Positions 28,380 to 38,889 of a stretch of DNA of 64,000 nucleotides are shown here, piece after piece. Location: the NCBI GenBank assembly GCA_964653685.1, contig CAZZHA010000001.1, forward strand, positions 5,794-69,793, in the 5' to 3' direction. The notes below the pieces were generated by a model, which did no database searches, had not been told where the DNA came from, and saw only the letters and a list, made by a program, of their open reading frames with translations. Source of the DNA: an uncultured Gammaproteobacteria bacterium. GTDB taxonomy: Bacteria; Patescibacteriota; Microgenomatia; PFEM01; JAHIFH01. Each line of letters opens with the position of its first letter. The stretch's first letter is position 1. A program made the translations under genes and the position numbers.

Positions 28380-29768
28380 TTATTTTGCTTTAGTCGTCTC
28401 GCTGGCGGAAGTCTCGCGGATACAAGTCACCTTAATCTGGCCAGCATAGGTGACTTTTTCTTCTAATTTTTGGGTAATTTTATTAGCCAAAACTACCAGT
28501 TCGTCATCATTAACTTCTTCTGGTTTAACCATGACCCGAACATCTCGACCGGCCTGATAAGCAAACGCCTCCTCCACTCCCTTGAATTTATTAGCAATTT
28601 CTTCAATTTCCTCCATTCGCTTCACGTACTCTTCATGAGCGGCGTATCTAGCGCCTGGTCGGGAGCCGGAAATAGCGTCAGCAACCCAAATAATCCGCGA
28701 TTCAGCTGACGAAAAAGGTTTATCTTCATGATGTTCGGCAATACAAGCAACCACTTCTTTGGGAATACCGTATTTCTTGGCTAATTCAACTCCTAACTGG
28801 ACATGGGTACCTTCTTCCTCAGTGACCACTTTGCCAATATCGTGAAGGAGACAACTCAAACGAACAATATTAACATCGGCCCCAACTTCATGAGCAATCT
28901 GAAGACCAATTTTGGTTTCTTCAAGAGTATGAGCGATCATGTTTTGACCATAAGAAAATCTGAATTTGAAACGGCCTAGAAGTTTAATTAAATCAGGATG
29001 AAGTTGATAAACATTAACCGCATGACAAAGCCTTTTACCTTCCTCGAACATAATCTTCTCAACTTCTTTTTTAGTTTGACTAACAACTTCTTTAATTCTG
29101 GCTGGCTGAATTCTTTGGTCTCTAATTAATTTTTGCAAAGCTCTTTTGGCAATTTCCCGACGAATTGAATCAAAAGAAGAAATAATAATGTCATTAGCAT
29201 CACCTAATTCAATCTCCACTCCTGTAGCCTGTTCAAAAGCCCGAATGTTTCTGCCCTCACGACCAATCACCCTACCTTTCAATTCCTCACTCGGCAGTTG
29301 AACCGAAGAAACCGTGTACTCGGCCACATAATCAGTGGCTCCATGCTGCATGGCTTCAACCAATAACTCTTTGGCTTTCTCTTCAACTGTCTCTTCAACT
29401 TCTTCTTCCGCTTCTTTAACTTTGCGAGCCATACTTTCAGCTAGACGTTTCTCCGTTGCTTCCAATAAAAGATTTTTGGCTTCCTCGCGAGTTAATTCAG
29501 CAATCTTTTCTAATTTAGCAATTACTTTTTTTCTTATCTCTTCAACTTCAGTTAATTTCTTATCCAAATCTTGTTGACGCTTATCAAGCTGGTTTTCTTT
29601 TTCCTCTAAAGCCCCTTCTCTTCTTTCAATTTCTGCAATTTTAGTTGCCAGCTCTTTAGCGATTTTTTTACTGTTCACTTTTTTTGTCGATTTTACTTCT
29701 TTCCCACCTTTTTGAGTTGCTTTTTCTTCGTCTAAAGCTTTGGTTAATAAATTATCTAATAATCCCAT
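28380..29768 (-). CDS. rny: ribonuclease Y (short N-terminus)
   Basis: Coiled-coil, KH domain (GREGRNIRAFEQATG), HD domain (LLHDIGK). Confidence 0.75.
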   Translation of the reverse strand: MGLLDNLLTKALDEEKATQKGGKEVKSTKKVNSKKIAKELATKIAEIERREGALEEKENQLDKRQQDLDKKLTEVEEIRKKVIAKLEKIAELTREEAKNLLLEATEKRLAESMARKVKEAEEEVEETVEEKAKELLVEAMQHGATDYVAEYTVSSVQLPSEELKGRVIGREGRNIRAFEQATGVEIELGDANDIIISSFDSIRREIAKRALQKLIRDQRIQPARIKEVVSQTKKEVEKIMFEEGKRLCHAVNVYQLHPDLIKLLGRFKFRFSYGQNMIAHTLEETKIGLQIAHEVGADVNIVRLSCLLHDIGKVVTEEEGTHVQLGVELAKKYGIPKEVVACIAEHHEDKPFSSAESRIIWVADAISGSRPGARYAAHEEYVKRMEEIEEIANKFKGVEEAFAYQAGRDVRVMVKPEEVNDDELVVLANKITQKLEEKVTYAGQIKVTCIRETSASETTKAK

Positions 29769-29942
29769 AAAACCTCCCTATTAATAATCTTTGGCGATTT
29801 GGCTTTTGGTAACGGAAAATGGTCGTTAGAAGATAACGGTTTATATCAAATCTAGATATAATCTACCTTTTTTAGAAGCCATGATTCGTAATACCAACTT
29901 CGCCAAAAAAACTAATAATAACTAAATTTCAACAGTTTTATT

Positions 29943-30560
29943 TTACCAATTTTCTAAGTATTTATCAATAACTGTTCTAATTACTTCCCAAGAAAAACCG
30001 CGCCGAGCCAAAAAAGCCGACATTTTTCGATAAAATTCATTTTTGGACAGATTTTTATAAGTCTTTAATTTCTTTTGGGCTAATTTTTCAGCCAAATGCA
30101 ACTCACTGACACTCTCAACCGTCTCTTTAATAACAGTCTTATCAATTCCTTTTTGACGTAATTCCATGGTCAAACCATACTTGCCTCGAGGCCGAAAGAT
30201 CGTTCTTTGGTCAACCCACCAACGGGCAAATTCCCGATCATCTATTTGTTTTAATTCTTTTAATTTAGCAATTACTTTTTCGGCTACTTTTGAAGATGAT
30301 CTCTTTTTCTTAAAATAATTGCGAATTTCTTTTTCAGATCGAGGTCGCCTGGAGATTAAACGAAAAGCCCTATCCAGTGATTTTTGAAATTCATTTTTAA
30401 AAATTAAATCATCTATTTGTTTTTGATTTAATTTCTGGCCAATTTTTAAACGAGCTTTTAAAAAATTATCAGCATCTAAACCAAAAGAGAATTTACCATC
30501 GAGATAAAGATTAACACGCTTTTTGTTTTTTTGGGCTTTGATTTTGGTTACTTGGGGCAC
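29943..30560 (-). CDS. recX: recombination regulator RecX
   Basis: RecX-like repeats; immediately downstream of recA. Confidence 0.7.
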   Translation of the reverse strand: MPQVTKIKAQKNKKRVNLYLDGKFSFGLDADNFLKARLKIGQKLNQKQIDDLIFKNEFQKSLDRAFRLISRRPRSEKEIRNYFKKKRSSSKVAEKVIAKLKELKQIDDREFARWWVDQRTIFRPRGKYGLTMELRQKGIDKTVIKETVESVSELHLAEKLAQKKLKTYKNLSKNEFYRKMSAFLARRGFSWEVIRTVIDKYLENW

Positions 30561-30572
30561 TAGATTAGGAAG

Positions 30573-31655
30573 CTACTCTTTCTTTTTTTCGCCAATTTCT
30601 CTAGACAAATCTAATTTACCAGCTTTAACTTTCCCCCAAATTTCTTTTTCAATTTTTTTCGCTATTTGAGGGTGTTCTTCTAGATAAGCCTTAGCTGCCT
30701 CTCTACCTTGACCGAGCATGATTTTGTCAAACTTAAAAAAAGCACCTGACTTCTCAATAATCTCTAGTTCAACCGCCACATCAATCAAATTACCTGACTG
30801 AGAAATACCACCAACATTCATAATATCAAATTCGGCCACCCGAAAAGGCGGCGCTACTTTGTTCTTAACTACTCTAGCTCGATGACGCGAACCAATCACA
30901 ATTTCACCATCTTTAATGGCCCCAATTTTTCGTAAATCAACTCTGACCGAAGAATAAAACTTTAAAGCTAAACCGCCAGGGGTGGTTTCCGGATTACCAA
31001 ACATCACGCCAATTTTATGACGGAGTTGATTAGTAAAGATAACAATTGTTTTTGACTTGGAAATAGCCGCGGTCAACTTTCTCAAAGCTTGAGACATTAA
31101 TCTGGCCTGAACACCAATCATCGCTTCGCCCATCTCGCCCTCAATCTCGGCCCGGGGTGTCAAAGCAGCCACAGAATCAATAGCAACAACATCAATCGCT
31201 CCAGACCGAACCAAAGTCTCGACAATTTCCAAAGCCTGTTCACCGGTGTCAGGTTGGGAAATTAACAATTCATCCAGATCAACCCCAATGGATTCGGCTC
31301 GAGCCGGATCCATGGCATGTTCCGCATCAACAAAAGCAGCTGAACCATCTCTTTTTTGGGCTTCAGCAATCACATGCAAAGCCAAAGTGGTCTTACCTGA
31401 AGCTTCAGGTCCGTAAATCTCGACCACTCGACCTCTGGGTAAACCACCCACACCAAGAGCGACGTCTAAAGCAATTGAACCAGTAGGGACAACATTAACT
31501 TTCTTGACTTCACCCTTGCTACCCATTCTCATAATCGCCCCTTTACCATATTGTTTTTCGATCTGTTCCATCGCCATTCTAACAGCTAGAGCTTTTTTAC
31601 TAGAAGTGTCTTTTTTAACAACAGGATTTTTAGGAGTTTTTTTCTTTCTTGCCAT
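30573..31655 (-). CDS. recA: recombinase RecA
   Basis: [33 protein letters not shown] and other RecA motifs. Confidence 0.95.
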   Translation of the reverse strand: MARKKKTPKNPVVKKDTSSKKALAVRMAMEQIEKQYGKGAIMRMGSKGEVKKVNVVPTGSIALDVALGVGGLPRGRVVEIYGPEASGKTTLALHVIAEAQKRDGSAAFVDAEHAMDPARAESIGVDLDELLISQPDTGEQALEIVETLVRSGAIDVVAIDSVAALTPRAEIEGEMGEAMIGVQARLMSQALRKLTAAISKSKTIVIFTNQLRHKIGVMFGNPETTPGGLALKFYSSVRVDLRKIGAIKDGEIVIGSRHRARVVKNKVAPPFRVAEFDIMNVGGISQSGNLIDVAVELEIIEKSGAFFKFDKIMLGQGREAAKAYLEEHPQIAKKIEKEIWGKVKAGKLDLSREIGEKKKE

Positions 31656-31664
31656 CTTTTTAGA

Positions 31665-31692
31665 TTTTTACACAAAATGTGATAAAATTCAA
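31665..31692 (-). promoter_or_regulatory. putative recA promoter (TTGAAT-16-TGTGTAAAAAT extended -10), very short leader
   Basis: Hexamers read on minus strand; -10 ends 9 nt before the recA ATG. Confidence 0.35.
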
Positions 31693-31699
31693 GATGTAA

Positions 31700-31773
31700 C
31701 GGGGTGTGGCGCAGTTGGCTAGCGCGCACGCATGGGGTGCGTGAGGTCGCCGGTTCGAGCCCGGCCACCCCGA
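31700..31773 (+). tRNA. tRNA-Pro (anticodon GGG)
   Basis: Hand-folded cloverleaf: acceptor CGGGGUG/CACCCCG (C1-G72), D-stem GCGC/GCGC, anticodon stem CACGC/GCGUG, loop AUGGGGU, T-arm GCCGG-UUCGAGC-CCGGC, discriminator A. Confidence 0.9.
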
Positions 31774-31778
31774 CAAAA

Positions 31779-32129
31779 ATGAAAATTTTTCTTCGTAAAG
31801 ATAAAAAACTTCGTGACCCAGGTAATTTTTATTTTGGCGATTACGGTGAAATTCCTATTGGTATTTCTTTAACAACAATCAATGAAGACAATCTTGACGA
31901 AAGCAAAGACACGAAACATTATCATCAAAAAGGCTATGAATTTTATTTTACTATTAAAGGTAAAGCTATTATTGAAATTAAAGATAAAGAAGTCGTTTTA
32001 GATAAAAATCATCTGATTATGGTCGAACCAGGTGAAAAACATTACGTTAAAAAAATTCTTAAAACTCCTTTTTCTGTGTTATCAATTTCCACTTTAAAAG
32101 ATAAAACTGATAAAGTTGTTGCGAAATAA
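31779..32129 (+). CDS. small cupin-like protein (start moved to ATG after tRNA-Pro)
   Basis: ORF-track N-terminus overlaps the tRNA; first ATG after tRNA at 31779 (MKIFLRKD...); cupin-like G..H.H region. Confidence 0.45.
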   Translation: MKIFLRKDKKLRDPGNFYFGDYGEIPIGISLTTINEDNLDESKDTKHYHQKGYEFYFTIKGKAIIEIKDKEVVLDKNHLIMVEPGEKHYVKKILKTPFSVLSISTLKDKTDKVVAK

Positions 32130-32143
32130 TTAGTAGAAATTTT

Positions 32144-33265
32144 CTATTTCTTGAAAAGAATCCTACTGGCTAAAATCGTGGTAATTGGAACAGCCAGAAT
32201 AAGGCCAATACTCCCGACTAAAGTCCTGACAATTTCTTCAGCGATCATTTGGTAATTAATAATCTCTGAAAACGGTCGGGGATTATCAATAAAAAGAAGC
32301 ATCAAAGGTAAAGCGGCCCCAGTATAAACCAAAACTAAAGTGTTAATCATTGAAGCAATATGGTCTTGACCAACATTCATGGCTCTTTTAAACAATTCTT
32401 TGGTTTTCATCTTTGGATTAGCCTCTTTTAATTGCTGGACAATCGCCGCCTGGGAAACAGTGATGTCATCCAAGACACCTAAAGTACCAATAATAATCCC
32501 TGCTAATAAAATTCCTCTCATGTTAATTTGGCCTTGTTTAGCCAAATGAAGAAAAGCGGCTTCTTCTGAAGCATAACCAGTTAATTTGGTTAGCTCAATA
32601 AAAAATCTTGATAAAAGACCAACAATTAACAAAGCAATTAAGGTTCCGGCCATGGCTATCAAGGTCTTTCGATTCAAACCATGAGAAAGAAAAAAAGTGG
32701 CCGGAATAATAATCAATGAACCAATAATGGCAATGACAATCGGATCTTCGCCTTGATAAATCCGAGGTAGAATGAACAAGAAAATAACGGCCAAAGAGAT
32801 AATCAGGCCTAATAAAGACATCCCACCTCGCCATTGACCGACTATCAAAGCCAAAACAGCAAAGACCAAAAAAAGCCAAACTAATGGCTTTCGCCGAACA
32901 AAATCAGTGATAATAAAAATGTTCTTGCCTTCAAAATCCTGAGAATAACTAATCACTACTTCATCACCTACTTGATATTTAGGCTGGCCAACAACGGAAA
33001 TATCGCCTACTTCAACTCTGATTTCTTCACTGGCTAGAGAACCCTTGGAGACTCTAACCTGTAATTCTTGGTAAAGAAGTTTTTCACCATCTCTAATCAT
33101 AGATTTTTCGTCAAGAATCCCAATGACTTTGCCTTCAAGGAGTTCCTCTTGGAGGAGGCTTGTTTCCGTCTCTTCGGTTTCCTGCGACCAAACATAATTA
33201 ATCGGCAAATAAGAGAAGATTAAAATAAAAAAAAGAAAACAAACTAATAGTTTCTTCATAACCAT
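32144..33265 (-). CDS. YibE/F-like integral membrane protein
   Basis: Signal/TM, roughly 110-aa extracytoplasmic domain, then multi-TM domain; architecture resembles YibE/F. Confidence 0.35.
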   Translation of the reverse strand: MVMKKLLVCFLFFILIFSYLPINYVWSQETEETETSLLQEELLEGKVIGILDEKSMIRDGEKLLYQELQVRVSKGSLASEEIRVEVGDISVVGQPKYQVGDEVVISYSQDFEGKNIFIITDFVRRKPLVWLFLVFAVLALIVGQWRGGMSLLGLIISLAVIFLFILPRIYQGEDPIVIAIIGSLIIIPATFFLSHGLNRKTLIAMAGTLIALLIVGLLSRFFIELTKLTGYASEEAAFLHLAKQGQINMRGILLAGIIIGTLGVLDDITVSQAAIVQQLKEANPKMKTKELFKRAMNVGQDHIASMINTLVLVYTGAALPLMLLFIDNPRPFSEIINYQMIAEEIVRTLVGSIGLILAVPITTILASRILFKK

Positions 33266-34440
33266 CCTAAGACCATTGCCAAACCTAAGACTAGAATAAT
33301 GAGACCGGCAATTAAATGAAGATATTTAATATTTTTATCTTTCCAACCAGCCACATTCTCAACCGTGGTAAAGCCAATATAGCAAACGCCAGTAATCACC
33401 AACATCGGCAAAACAAAAATCAAATTATAAAGTAACAACCAGGGAATTACTTGAACTAAATCAAAGGTACATAAAATACCACCGCAAATCACATAAGGAC
33501 CGATCGTACAAGGGAGAAGAAAAAGGGTAACTAAAGCCCCAACAATAAAAGCACCTCTAGGGCTAGTAACTTTAAACATTAGACCTTGGACTTTGGGACG
33601 CAGAAACATCGGCATTTCGGTTAAAAAGCCGCCCGGTTTATAACGAATAAAATCTCTAAGATTTAGAATTCCTAAAATGATCGCTGCTAATCCTAAAATT
33701 CTATAAAGCCATAATTTAAGGTTTGTTAAAGCCTGAATTAATTGGAAAAACCTAATAATCACCAAACCATAGAAGAAATACATTACAAAAACGGCTGTGG
33801 TGAAAGCTAAGCCAGCTAAGAGGATATTATAACGCTTTTTCGGAGCAAAGGCTAAAATAGCAAAAAGCATCATCACTAAGACTGCCAGAGCACAAGGATT
33901 GATGGCATCAACCGCGGCCAAAGAAATAATCTTCGGTAAGGTCAATTCTGTTTGAATTGTCTCGCCCGAAGACACAGAGATACTGCCAGCTGACGCTGAT
34001 AAAATTTCTGGCTTGCCTGGCAAAGTTGAAATATCCAAATCTCCAAAGCTGGTCGAACTACCATCAACCAAAGGGCAGGCATTACCTTCTAATTGCTTAA
34101 GCTTGGTTTCAATGTTCTCTAAAATTGGCCTATCACCAATAAGGAAATTATCCTTACCAAAAACAATTAAAGGAATACTTAAACCCGAACCATAAATTTC
34201 ATTATATTTAGTCAATAAGGGTGCATTATTTCTTTGTTGATAAATTTCATATTCAATGATAACTAAATTGGGATACTTTTTAGGTAATTCTTTAAGGAGA
34301 ACTGGATCAACTTGGGCGCAATGAGGACAACCAACGCCAGTAAAGTAAATCAGGCAAGTTTTCTCTTCGGCCTGGAGAGACGATGAAAACAAGACTGTCA
34401 GTAATAAAATGGAAACAAAAAAAATGGCTAATTTCTTCAT
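33256..34440 (-). CDS. thioredoxin-fold (CPHC) domain fused to DsbD/CcdA-like transmembrane thiol-disulfide transporter domain
   Basis: Signal peptide; CxxC active site YFTGVGCPHCAQ; C-terminal multi-TM domain with paired Cys (AINPCALAV; LLPCTIGP) typical of CcdA/DsbD beta-domain. Confidence 0.55.
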   Translation of the reverse strand: MKKLAIFFVSILLLTVLFSSSLQAEEKTCLIYFTGVGCPHCAQVDPVLLKELPKKYPNLVIIEYEIYQQRNNAPLLTKYNEIYGSGLSIPLIVFGKDNFLIGDRPILENIETKLKQLEGNACPLVDGSSTSFGDLDISTLPGKPEILSASAGSISVSSGETIQTELTLPKIISLAAVDAINPCALAVLVMMLFAILAFAPKKRYNILLAGLAFTTAVFVMYFFYGLVIIRFFQLIQALTNLKLWLYRILGLAAIILGILNLRDFIRYKPGGFLTEMPMFLRPKVQGLMFKVTSPRGAFIVGALVTLFLLPCTIGPYVICGGILCTFDLVQVIPWLLLYNLIFVLPMLVITGVCYIGFTTVENVAGWKDKNIKYLHLIAGLIILVLGLAMVLGWL

Positions 34441-34478
34441 TCAGCTATTCTTTAGGATAAGTAATTTTAGCTTTTTTT

Positions 34479-34778
34479 TCAACCACGAATCATTTTCACT
34501 CGACCTCCCTCAATCCTAATAGCTTTACCTTCAACTAAACCTTCGCTTACTTTTTTTCTAGCGGAAGTGAGGATTCGTTGAAAAGTGGATTGAGAAACTT
34601 TCATCTTTTTGGCCGCTTTAATTTGTTCAACACCTTGATAATCAGCTGAACGAATGGCTTCTAATTCATCGACACTTAATTTAACCTCCCTTAAATAGCG
34701 CAAAGGTATTCCCCGGGGCTTGTAGTAAGTCACTCCTGGTTGAAATGATATCCACCGCCATCTTTTTGGTCTAGGCAT
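34479..34778 (-). CDS. DUF134 (UPF0251) putative DNA-binding protein
   Basis: MPRPKR...F.P...YKP N-terminus and sigma-70 region-4-like HTH characteristic of DUF134. Confidence 0.6.
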   Translation of the reverse strand: MPRPKRWRWISFQPGVTYYKPRGIPLRYLREVKLSVDELEAIRSADYQGVEQIKAAKKMKVSQSTFQRILTSARKKVSEGLVEGKAIRIEGGRVKMIRG

Positions 34779-34785
34779 GGTTAAA

Positions 34786-35034
34786 TTACTTGCCTTGAGT
34801 TTCTTTTTCCTCTTTGGTAACGTCTTCCAATTCTTCTTGAAGGGCTTTTTTATATTCTTTCAGCGCTTCAACTTCTTCTTCTTTAGATTGAGGCCATGGC
34901 CAACCGAAGTAACGTCCCATTCCCCGACCGGGAGAAAAACGACGACGCCAACCCAGACCTAGTCCACAAGGACCAAAGCCGCGACCAGTTAAAGATCCCT
35001 GACCACTCGGTCCTGTCTGATCAAATCTTGGCAT
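34786..35034 (-). CDS. DUF5320 family protein
   Basis: [24 protein letters not shown] Gly-rich single-Cys N-terminus plus acidic coiled-coil tail, as recalled for DUF5320. Confidence 0.5.
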   Translation of the reverse strand: MPRFDQTGPSGQGSLTGRGFGPCGLGLGWRRRFSPGRGMGRYFGWPWPQSKEEEVEALKEYKKALQEELEDVTKEEKETQGK

Positions 35035-35075
35035 AAATATTCACCTCCTCTCTTTTTTATTATGAATATATACCC

Positions 35076-35103
35076 ATTATAACACGGATAGGCGAGTTGT
35101 CAA
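35076..35103 (-). promoter_or_regulatory. strong sigma70-type promoter (TTGACA-16-TATAAT) upstream of the DUF5320-DUF134 gene string
   Basis: Read on minus strand; followed by SD GAGAGGAGGTG. Confidence 0.55.
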
Positions 35104-35126
35104 GGGTTATCTTTTTTCTAAGAGAA

Positions 35127-35570
35127 TTATCTTTTCGGAGATTGTTTTTTAGCTCGGGCTGATTGGGCAAGGCCGGCTTTGCGGCGCTCTTTCATTCGCG
35201 GGTCACGAGTTAAAAGACCAGCTTTTTTTAAAGGCAGATGATACAGTTCAGAGTTTTCTTTAGCCAGAGCTCTGGCTAAGCCATGGACAACTGCTCCCAA
35301 TTGACCATTTTTACCTGATCCTCTAACCTTAACCGTCGCGTAATATTTCCCTTCAGTTTTGGTGACCTGAAACGGCTTCATGTAAACGAATTCATTAACC
35401 TCACCCGGAAACCATTCTTCAATTGGCCGATCATTAACCACCAAATCGCCTTTGCCTTTTAAGAGTCTTACCCGGGCCACAGCTTCTTTTCTTCGACCAA
35501 GAGCATAAGTATAGGCTTTTTTCCGACCCCGCTTGGTTTTTCTGACTTTAACTGTTTTTTTAGTCACCAT
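35127..35570 (-). CDS. rpsI: 30S ribosomal protein S9 (N-terminal extension)
   Basis: GRRKEAVARV motif, C-terminal ...KR. Confidence 0.9.
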   Translation of the reverse strand: MVTKKTVKVRKTKRGRKKAYTYALGRRKEAVARVRLLKGKGDLVVNDRPIEEWFPGEVNEFVYMKPFQVTKTEGKYYATVKVRGSGKNGQLGAVVHGLARALAKENSELYHLPLKKAGLLTRDPRMKERRKAGLAQSARAKKQSPKR

Positions 35571-35989
35571 TATTTTTTAAATTTATCCTGATAAAGATGT
35601 TGATCGTCGCTAAACACTTTTAATCTCCTTAGTCTTTGATCTCTTAATTTATTTTTAGGTAACATACCACTGACAGCGTAGTGAATTATTTTTCTCGGAT
35701 CACGCTTCATCAATTCCTCAAAAGTTCTTTCCTTAAAACCACCAGGATAACCAGAATGATGCTGGTAGAGTTTTTGTTTTCTTTTACGACCACTGACTTC
35801 AACTTCGGCCGCATTAATAACAACAACATAATCACCGCAATCTAAATTGGTCGAGTAATAAACCTTGGTTTTACCAATTAATAATCCCGCAATCTGACTT
35901 GCTACCCGACCCAGTCTCTTATCCTTAACATCAATCAAGTACCAGCCTCTTTTAATTTCACTTGCTTTGGTTGTCTTTGTTTTTTTCAT
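35570..35989 (-). CDS. rplM: 50S ribosomal protein L13
   Basis: IKRGWYLIDVKDKRLGRVAS N-terminus. Confidence 0.9.
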   Translation of the reverse strand: MKKTKTTKASEIKRGWYLIDVKDKRLGRVASQIAGLLIGKTKVYYSTNLDCGDYVVVINAAEVEVSGRKRKQKLYQHHSGYPGGFKERTFEELMKRDPRKIIHYAVSGMLPKNKLRDQRLRRLKVFSDDQHLYQDKFKK

Positions 35990-36422
35990 TTTTTCCTCGC
36001 ACTAAGTCTTTCTTTTTCTTGTTCGACTTTTTCGGTTTTTCTTTTCCTGACTTTTCTTCAGATTTAGGTTTAGCCACTAATTCTAACTTCACCATAGTGG
36101 CATCATCACCACGACGTTGACCCAGACGAATGATTCTAGTAAAACCGCTTGATCTATCTTTAAATTGAGGAGTAATATTATCGACCAACTTATTAACAAC
36201 TTTCCTGTTATTAAGAAAAGCCTCTATTGTTCTTCGAGTGTGGAGAGTATTCTTTTTGCCCTTGGTGACTAAGCGATCAAAAAGTCGACGGACTGCCTTA
36301 GCCTTACTCTCGGTTGTTTTGATTTCCCCATGCAAAATCAAAGCGCTGAGTAAATTTTTAAACAGCGCTCGGCGGTGACTTCTTTTTCGAGATAGTTTCT
36401 TTTTAGTCACTCTATGCTTCAT
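35958..36422 (-). CDS. rplQ: 50S ribosomal protein L17 (Lys-rich C-terminal extension overlapping rplM start)
   Basis: MKHRVTKKKLSRKRSHRRAL N-terminus. Confidence 0.9.
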   Translation of the reverse strand: MKHRVTKKKLSRKRSHRRALFKNLLSALILHGEIKTTESKAKAVRRLFDRLVTKGKKNTLHTRRTIEAFLNNRKVVNKLVDNITPQFKDRSSGFTRIIRLGQRRGDDATMVKLELVAKPKSEEKSGKEKPKKSNKKKKDLVRGKNEKNKDNQSK

Positions 36423-36469
36423 TTTACTCGATTCTCAGAGAAATAAGATTCTCGCCAAAGTAATCTCTC

Positions 36470-37393
36470 TTATTTTTTCTTTTTCTTGAGAGAAACTCCT
36501 TTTTGGGATAAGGCAGCTTCAACGATGTTGACCGACTTTTCACCCAAATTTTTGACTTTAGCCAAATCGGCTTCGGTTGCCTCAACTAGATTAGCTACCG
36601 TACCATAACCTCCTTTACGGAGAGCGTTGGCGATTCTGGTTGGTAAGTCAAGCTCCTCCACTGTCAATCTCAGATTCAAATTAGGCATTTCACCCTTGGC
36701 CTTTTCCTTTTTAGGCATCTTTTTAGGAGAAGCTATTTGTTGGAAATAGCTAACCAGAATCTCAGCTGACTGTTTTAAGGCCTGACTGGGTTTAAGACTA
36801 CCGTCAGTGGTAATCTCGAAAACCAACCGATTCAAGTCAGTTCTCCGACCAACTCGAGTAGATTCGATTCGATAATTAACCTGAAGAATAGGACTAAAGA
36901 TCGCGTCAATTGGAATCTCGCCCAATTTTTCTACTTCTCTCTCTTCGGCCGGTAGATAACCATAACCAGTCTCAACAATCATCTCTGCCTTGAATCGATT
37001 CTTCCGACTAGCTAAATTGCCAATAACCAAGTCTGGATTAGCAATGTTGACATTAGCCGGAGTTTTAATATCACTCGCCTTAATTTCACCAGGACCAGTT
37101 TTTTCTAAAGTCAATTTGACTGGTTTTTTTCCTTCATAACCAACCTTAACCTGTTTAAGACCAAGAATAAACTCAATGATATCTTCCTTTAATCCTTCAA
37201 GGGTAGAAAATTTATGCTTAACGCCCGCGATCTTTACTTGAGTAATGGCGGCGCCTGGCAAAGCCGAAAGCAAAACTCGCCGCAAAGCATTACCCAGAGT
37301 GTGTCCAAATCCAAGCTCCAGGGGTTCAATCACAAAATGACCAAAATCCTGGGTTTCCTTTTCTTTTTTAATTCGAAATAATGGTTCTATCAT
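36470..37393 (-). CDS. rpoA: DNA-directed RNA polymerase subunit alpha
   Basis: GHTLGNALRRVLLS motif; C-terminal domain. Confidence 0.9.
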   Translation of the reverse strand: MIEPLFRIKKEKETQDFGHFVIEPLELGFGHTLGNALRRVLLSALPGAAITQVKIAGVKHKFSTLEGLKEDIIEFILGLKQVKVGYEGKKPVKLTLEKTGPGEIKASDIKTPANVNIANPDLVIGNLASRKNRFKAEMIVETGYGYLPAEEREVEKLGEIPIDAIFSPILQVNYRIESTRVGRRTDLNRLVFEITTDGSLKPSQALKQSAEILVSYFQQIASPKKMPKKEKAKGEMPNLNLRLTVEELDLPTRIANALRKGGYGTVANLVEATEADLAKVKNLGEKSVNIVEAALSQKGVSLKKKKK

Positions 37394-37415
37394 TAACCTC
37401 CTTTTATTATTAAAA

Positions 37416-38039
37416 TTATCTTGAATAATATTCGATTATTAACTTATCGTCAATAGCAGCTTCAATCTCTTCTCTTTTTGGCAGACGCATCATTTTACCA
37501 ATTGGGCCCTTTCTTTGCAACCATTTAGGCATATTCCTAGTCCTATCAGCCCAATTTTTCTCCACCGCCGCTATTTTCATCGCCTTCTCACTAATTCGAA
37601 TAAGATCATTAGGCTTAACTTGATAAGAAGCAATGTTAACTCTTTTGTCGTTAACATAAACATGGTCATGACTCACTAACTGCCTGGCGATTGACCGGGA
37701 GGGTGCCAAACCTAAGCGATAGACCACGTTATCTAGCCTTGATTCTAAAAGTTGAAAAAGAACCTCACCAGTCACTTGAGGATTTTTAGCTGCCTTATTA
37801 ACATAACGACGAAACTGCTTCTCCAAAACCCCATAGAGTCTTTTCGCTTTTTGTTTTTCCCTTAACTGCTGACCATATTCGCTTAATCTTTTCCTTAACC
37901 TAGGACCATGTTGGCCTGGAGGTACTGCTCCTTTTCTCTCAATTGGGCATTTGGGCGAATAACAACGTTCACCCTTTAAAAAAAGTTTGATTCCTTCGCG
38001 TCGGCAGAGCCGACATTTAGCATCAGTGTATCTTGCCAT
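37416..38039 (-). CDS. rpsD: 30S ribosomal protein S4
   Basis: MARYTDAKCRLCRREG..., S4 domain. Confidence 0.9.
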   Translation of the reverse strand: MARYTDAKCRLCRREGIKLFLKGERCYSPKCPIERKGAVPPGQHGPRLRKRLSEYGQQLREKQKAKRLYGVLEKQFRRYVNKAAKNPQVTGEVLFQLLESRLDNVVYRLGLAPSRSIARQLVSHDHVYVNDKRVNIASYQVKPNDLIRISEKAMKIAAVEKNWADRTRNMPKWLQRKGPIGKMMRLPKREEIEAAIDDKLIIEYYSR

Positions 38040-38447
38040 TTAAACTCTCCTTTTCTTTTTTGGCCTTGGTCCATTATGAGGAATTGGGGTTACATCAGCG
38101 ATCAAATTCATTTTGATGCCAGCTGCCCTCAAAGCTCTTAAAGCTGAATCGCGGCCCGATCCTGGACCTTTAATATAAACTTCAACTTCCCTGAGACCGT
38201 GAGCTAAAGCTTTTTTAGCGGCTTTTTCAACGGTACTAATAGCCGCAAAAGGAGTTGATTTTCTTGCTCCCTTAAAACCGACTTCACCTGAACTTCCCCA
38301 ACAAACGGTATTACCTTTTAAATCAGTAAAGGTAATGATCGTATTGTTAAAAGTAGCCTGGATGTAAACTTTTCCTTTAGCCACAATCTTAGGCTCTTTC
38401 TTTTGGGGTTTGGTTTTAGTTTTTTCTTTTTTAGCTTTAACCATCAT
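38040..38447 (-). CDS. rpsK: 30S ribosomal protein S11
   Basis: Characteristic S11 core. Confidence 0.9.
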   Translation of the reverse strand: MMVKAKKEKTKTKPQKKEPKIVAKGKVYIQATFNNTIITFTDLKGNTVCWGSSGEVGFKGARKSTPFAAISTVEKAAKKALAHGLREVEVYIKGPGSGRDSALRALRAAGIKMNLIADVTPIPHNGPRPKKKRRV

Positions 38448-38887
38448 GCCTCCTTATTTTCTTTGGCTGCTTTCTCCTCTTCTGGATTCTTCTCGGCAAC
38501 ACCAAACTTAGTTAAATCCTTTTTGCGTAATGCTCCAATTGTCTTTCGCTTACCCCTTTTTGTCCGAGCATTCGATCGAGTTCTCTGGCCACGAGAAGGT
38601 AAACCCTGCAAATGCCTCGTTCCTCGATAACTTCCAGTCACTTTCAGTTGCTTAATATTCTCGTTCACGATCGTTCTTAACTCTCCCTCCGTAGGTATTT
38701 TTTCAACCGTCTTTTGTAAACGGGTAATTTCTTCGGCCGTCAAATCCTTAATTCTTTTATTAGCATCAACGGCCGCTGTTTCTAAAACCCCTTGAACATT
38801 TCTCCGACCAATACCATAAATGGCGGTTAAACCGCTATCAACTTTTTTCTCAACTGGTAAATCAACTCCGGCAATTCGAACAGCCAT
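38444..38887 (-). CDS. rpsM: 30S ribosomal protein S13 (C-terminal extension)
   Basis: [12 protein letters not shown]-terminus. Confidence 0.9.
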   Translation of the reverse strand: MAVRIAGVDLPVEKKVDSGLTAIYGIGRRNVQGVLETAAVDANKRIKDLTAEEITRLQKTVEKIPTEGELRTIVNENIKQLKVTGSYRGTRHLQGLPSRGQRTRSNARTKRGKRKTIGALRKKDLTKFGVAEKNPEEEKAAKENKEA

Positions 38888-38889
38888 GA

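Noticed and set aside
31586-31768. 60-aa minus ORF and the N-terminal 25 codons of ORF 31704-32129
   Set aside because: Both overlap the tRNA-Pro(GGG) gene, and the translation is read straight through the tRNA. The real cupin gene starts at the first ATG after the tRNA (31779).
34777-34962. 61-aa plus-strand poly-Phe ORF
   Set aside because: Antisense to the DUF134/DUF5320 genes; low complexity; shadow ORF.
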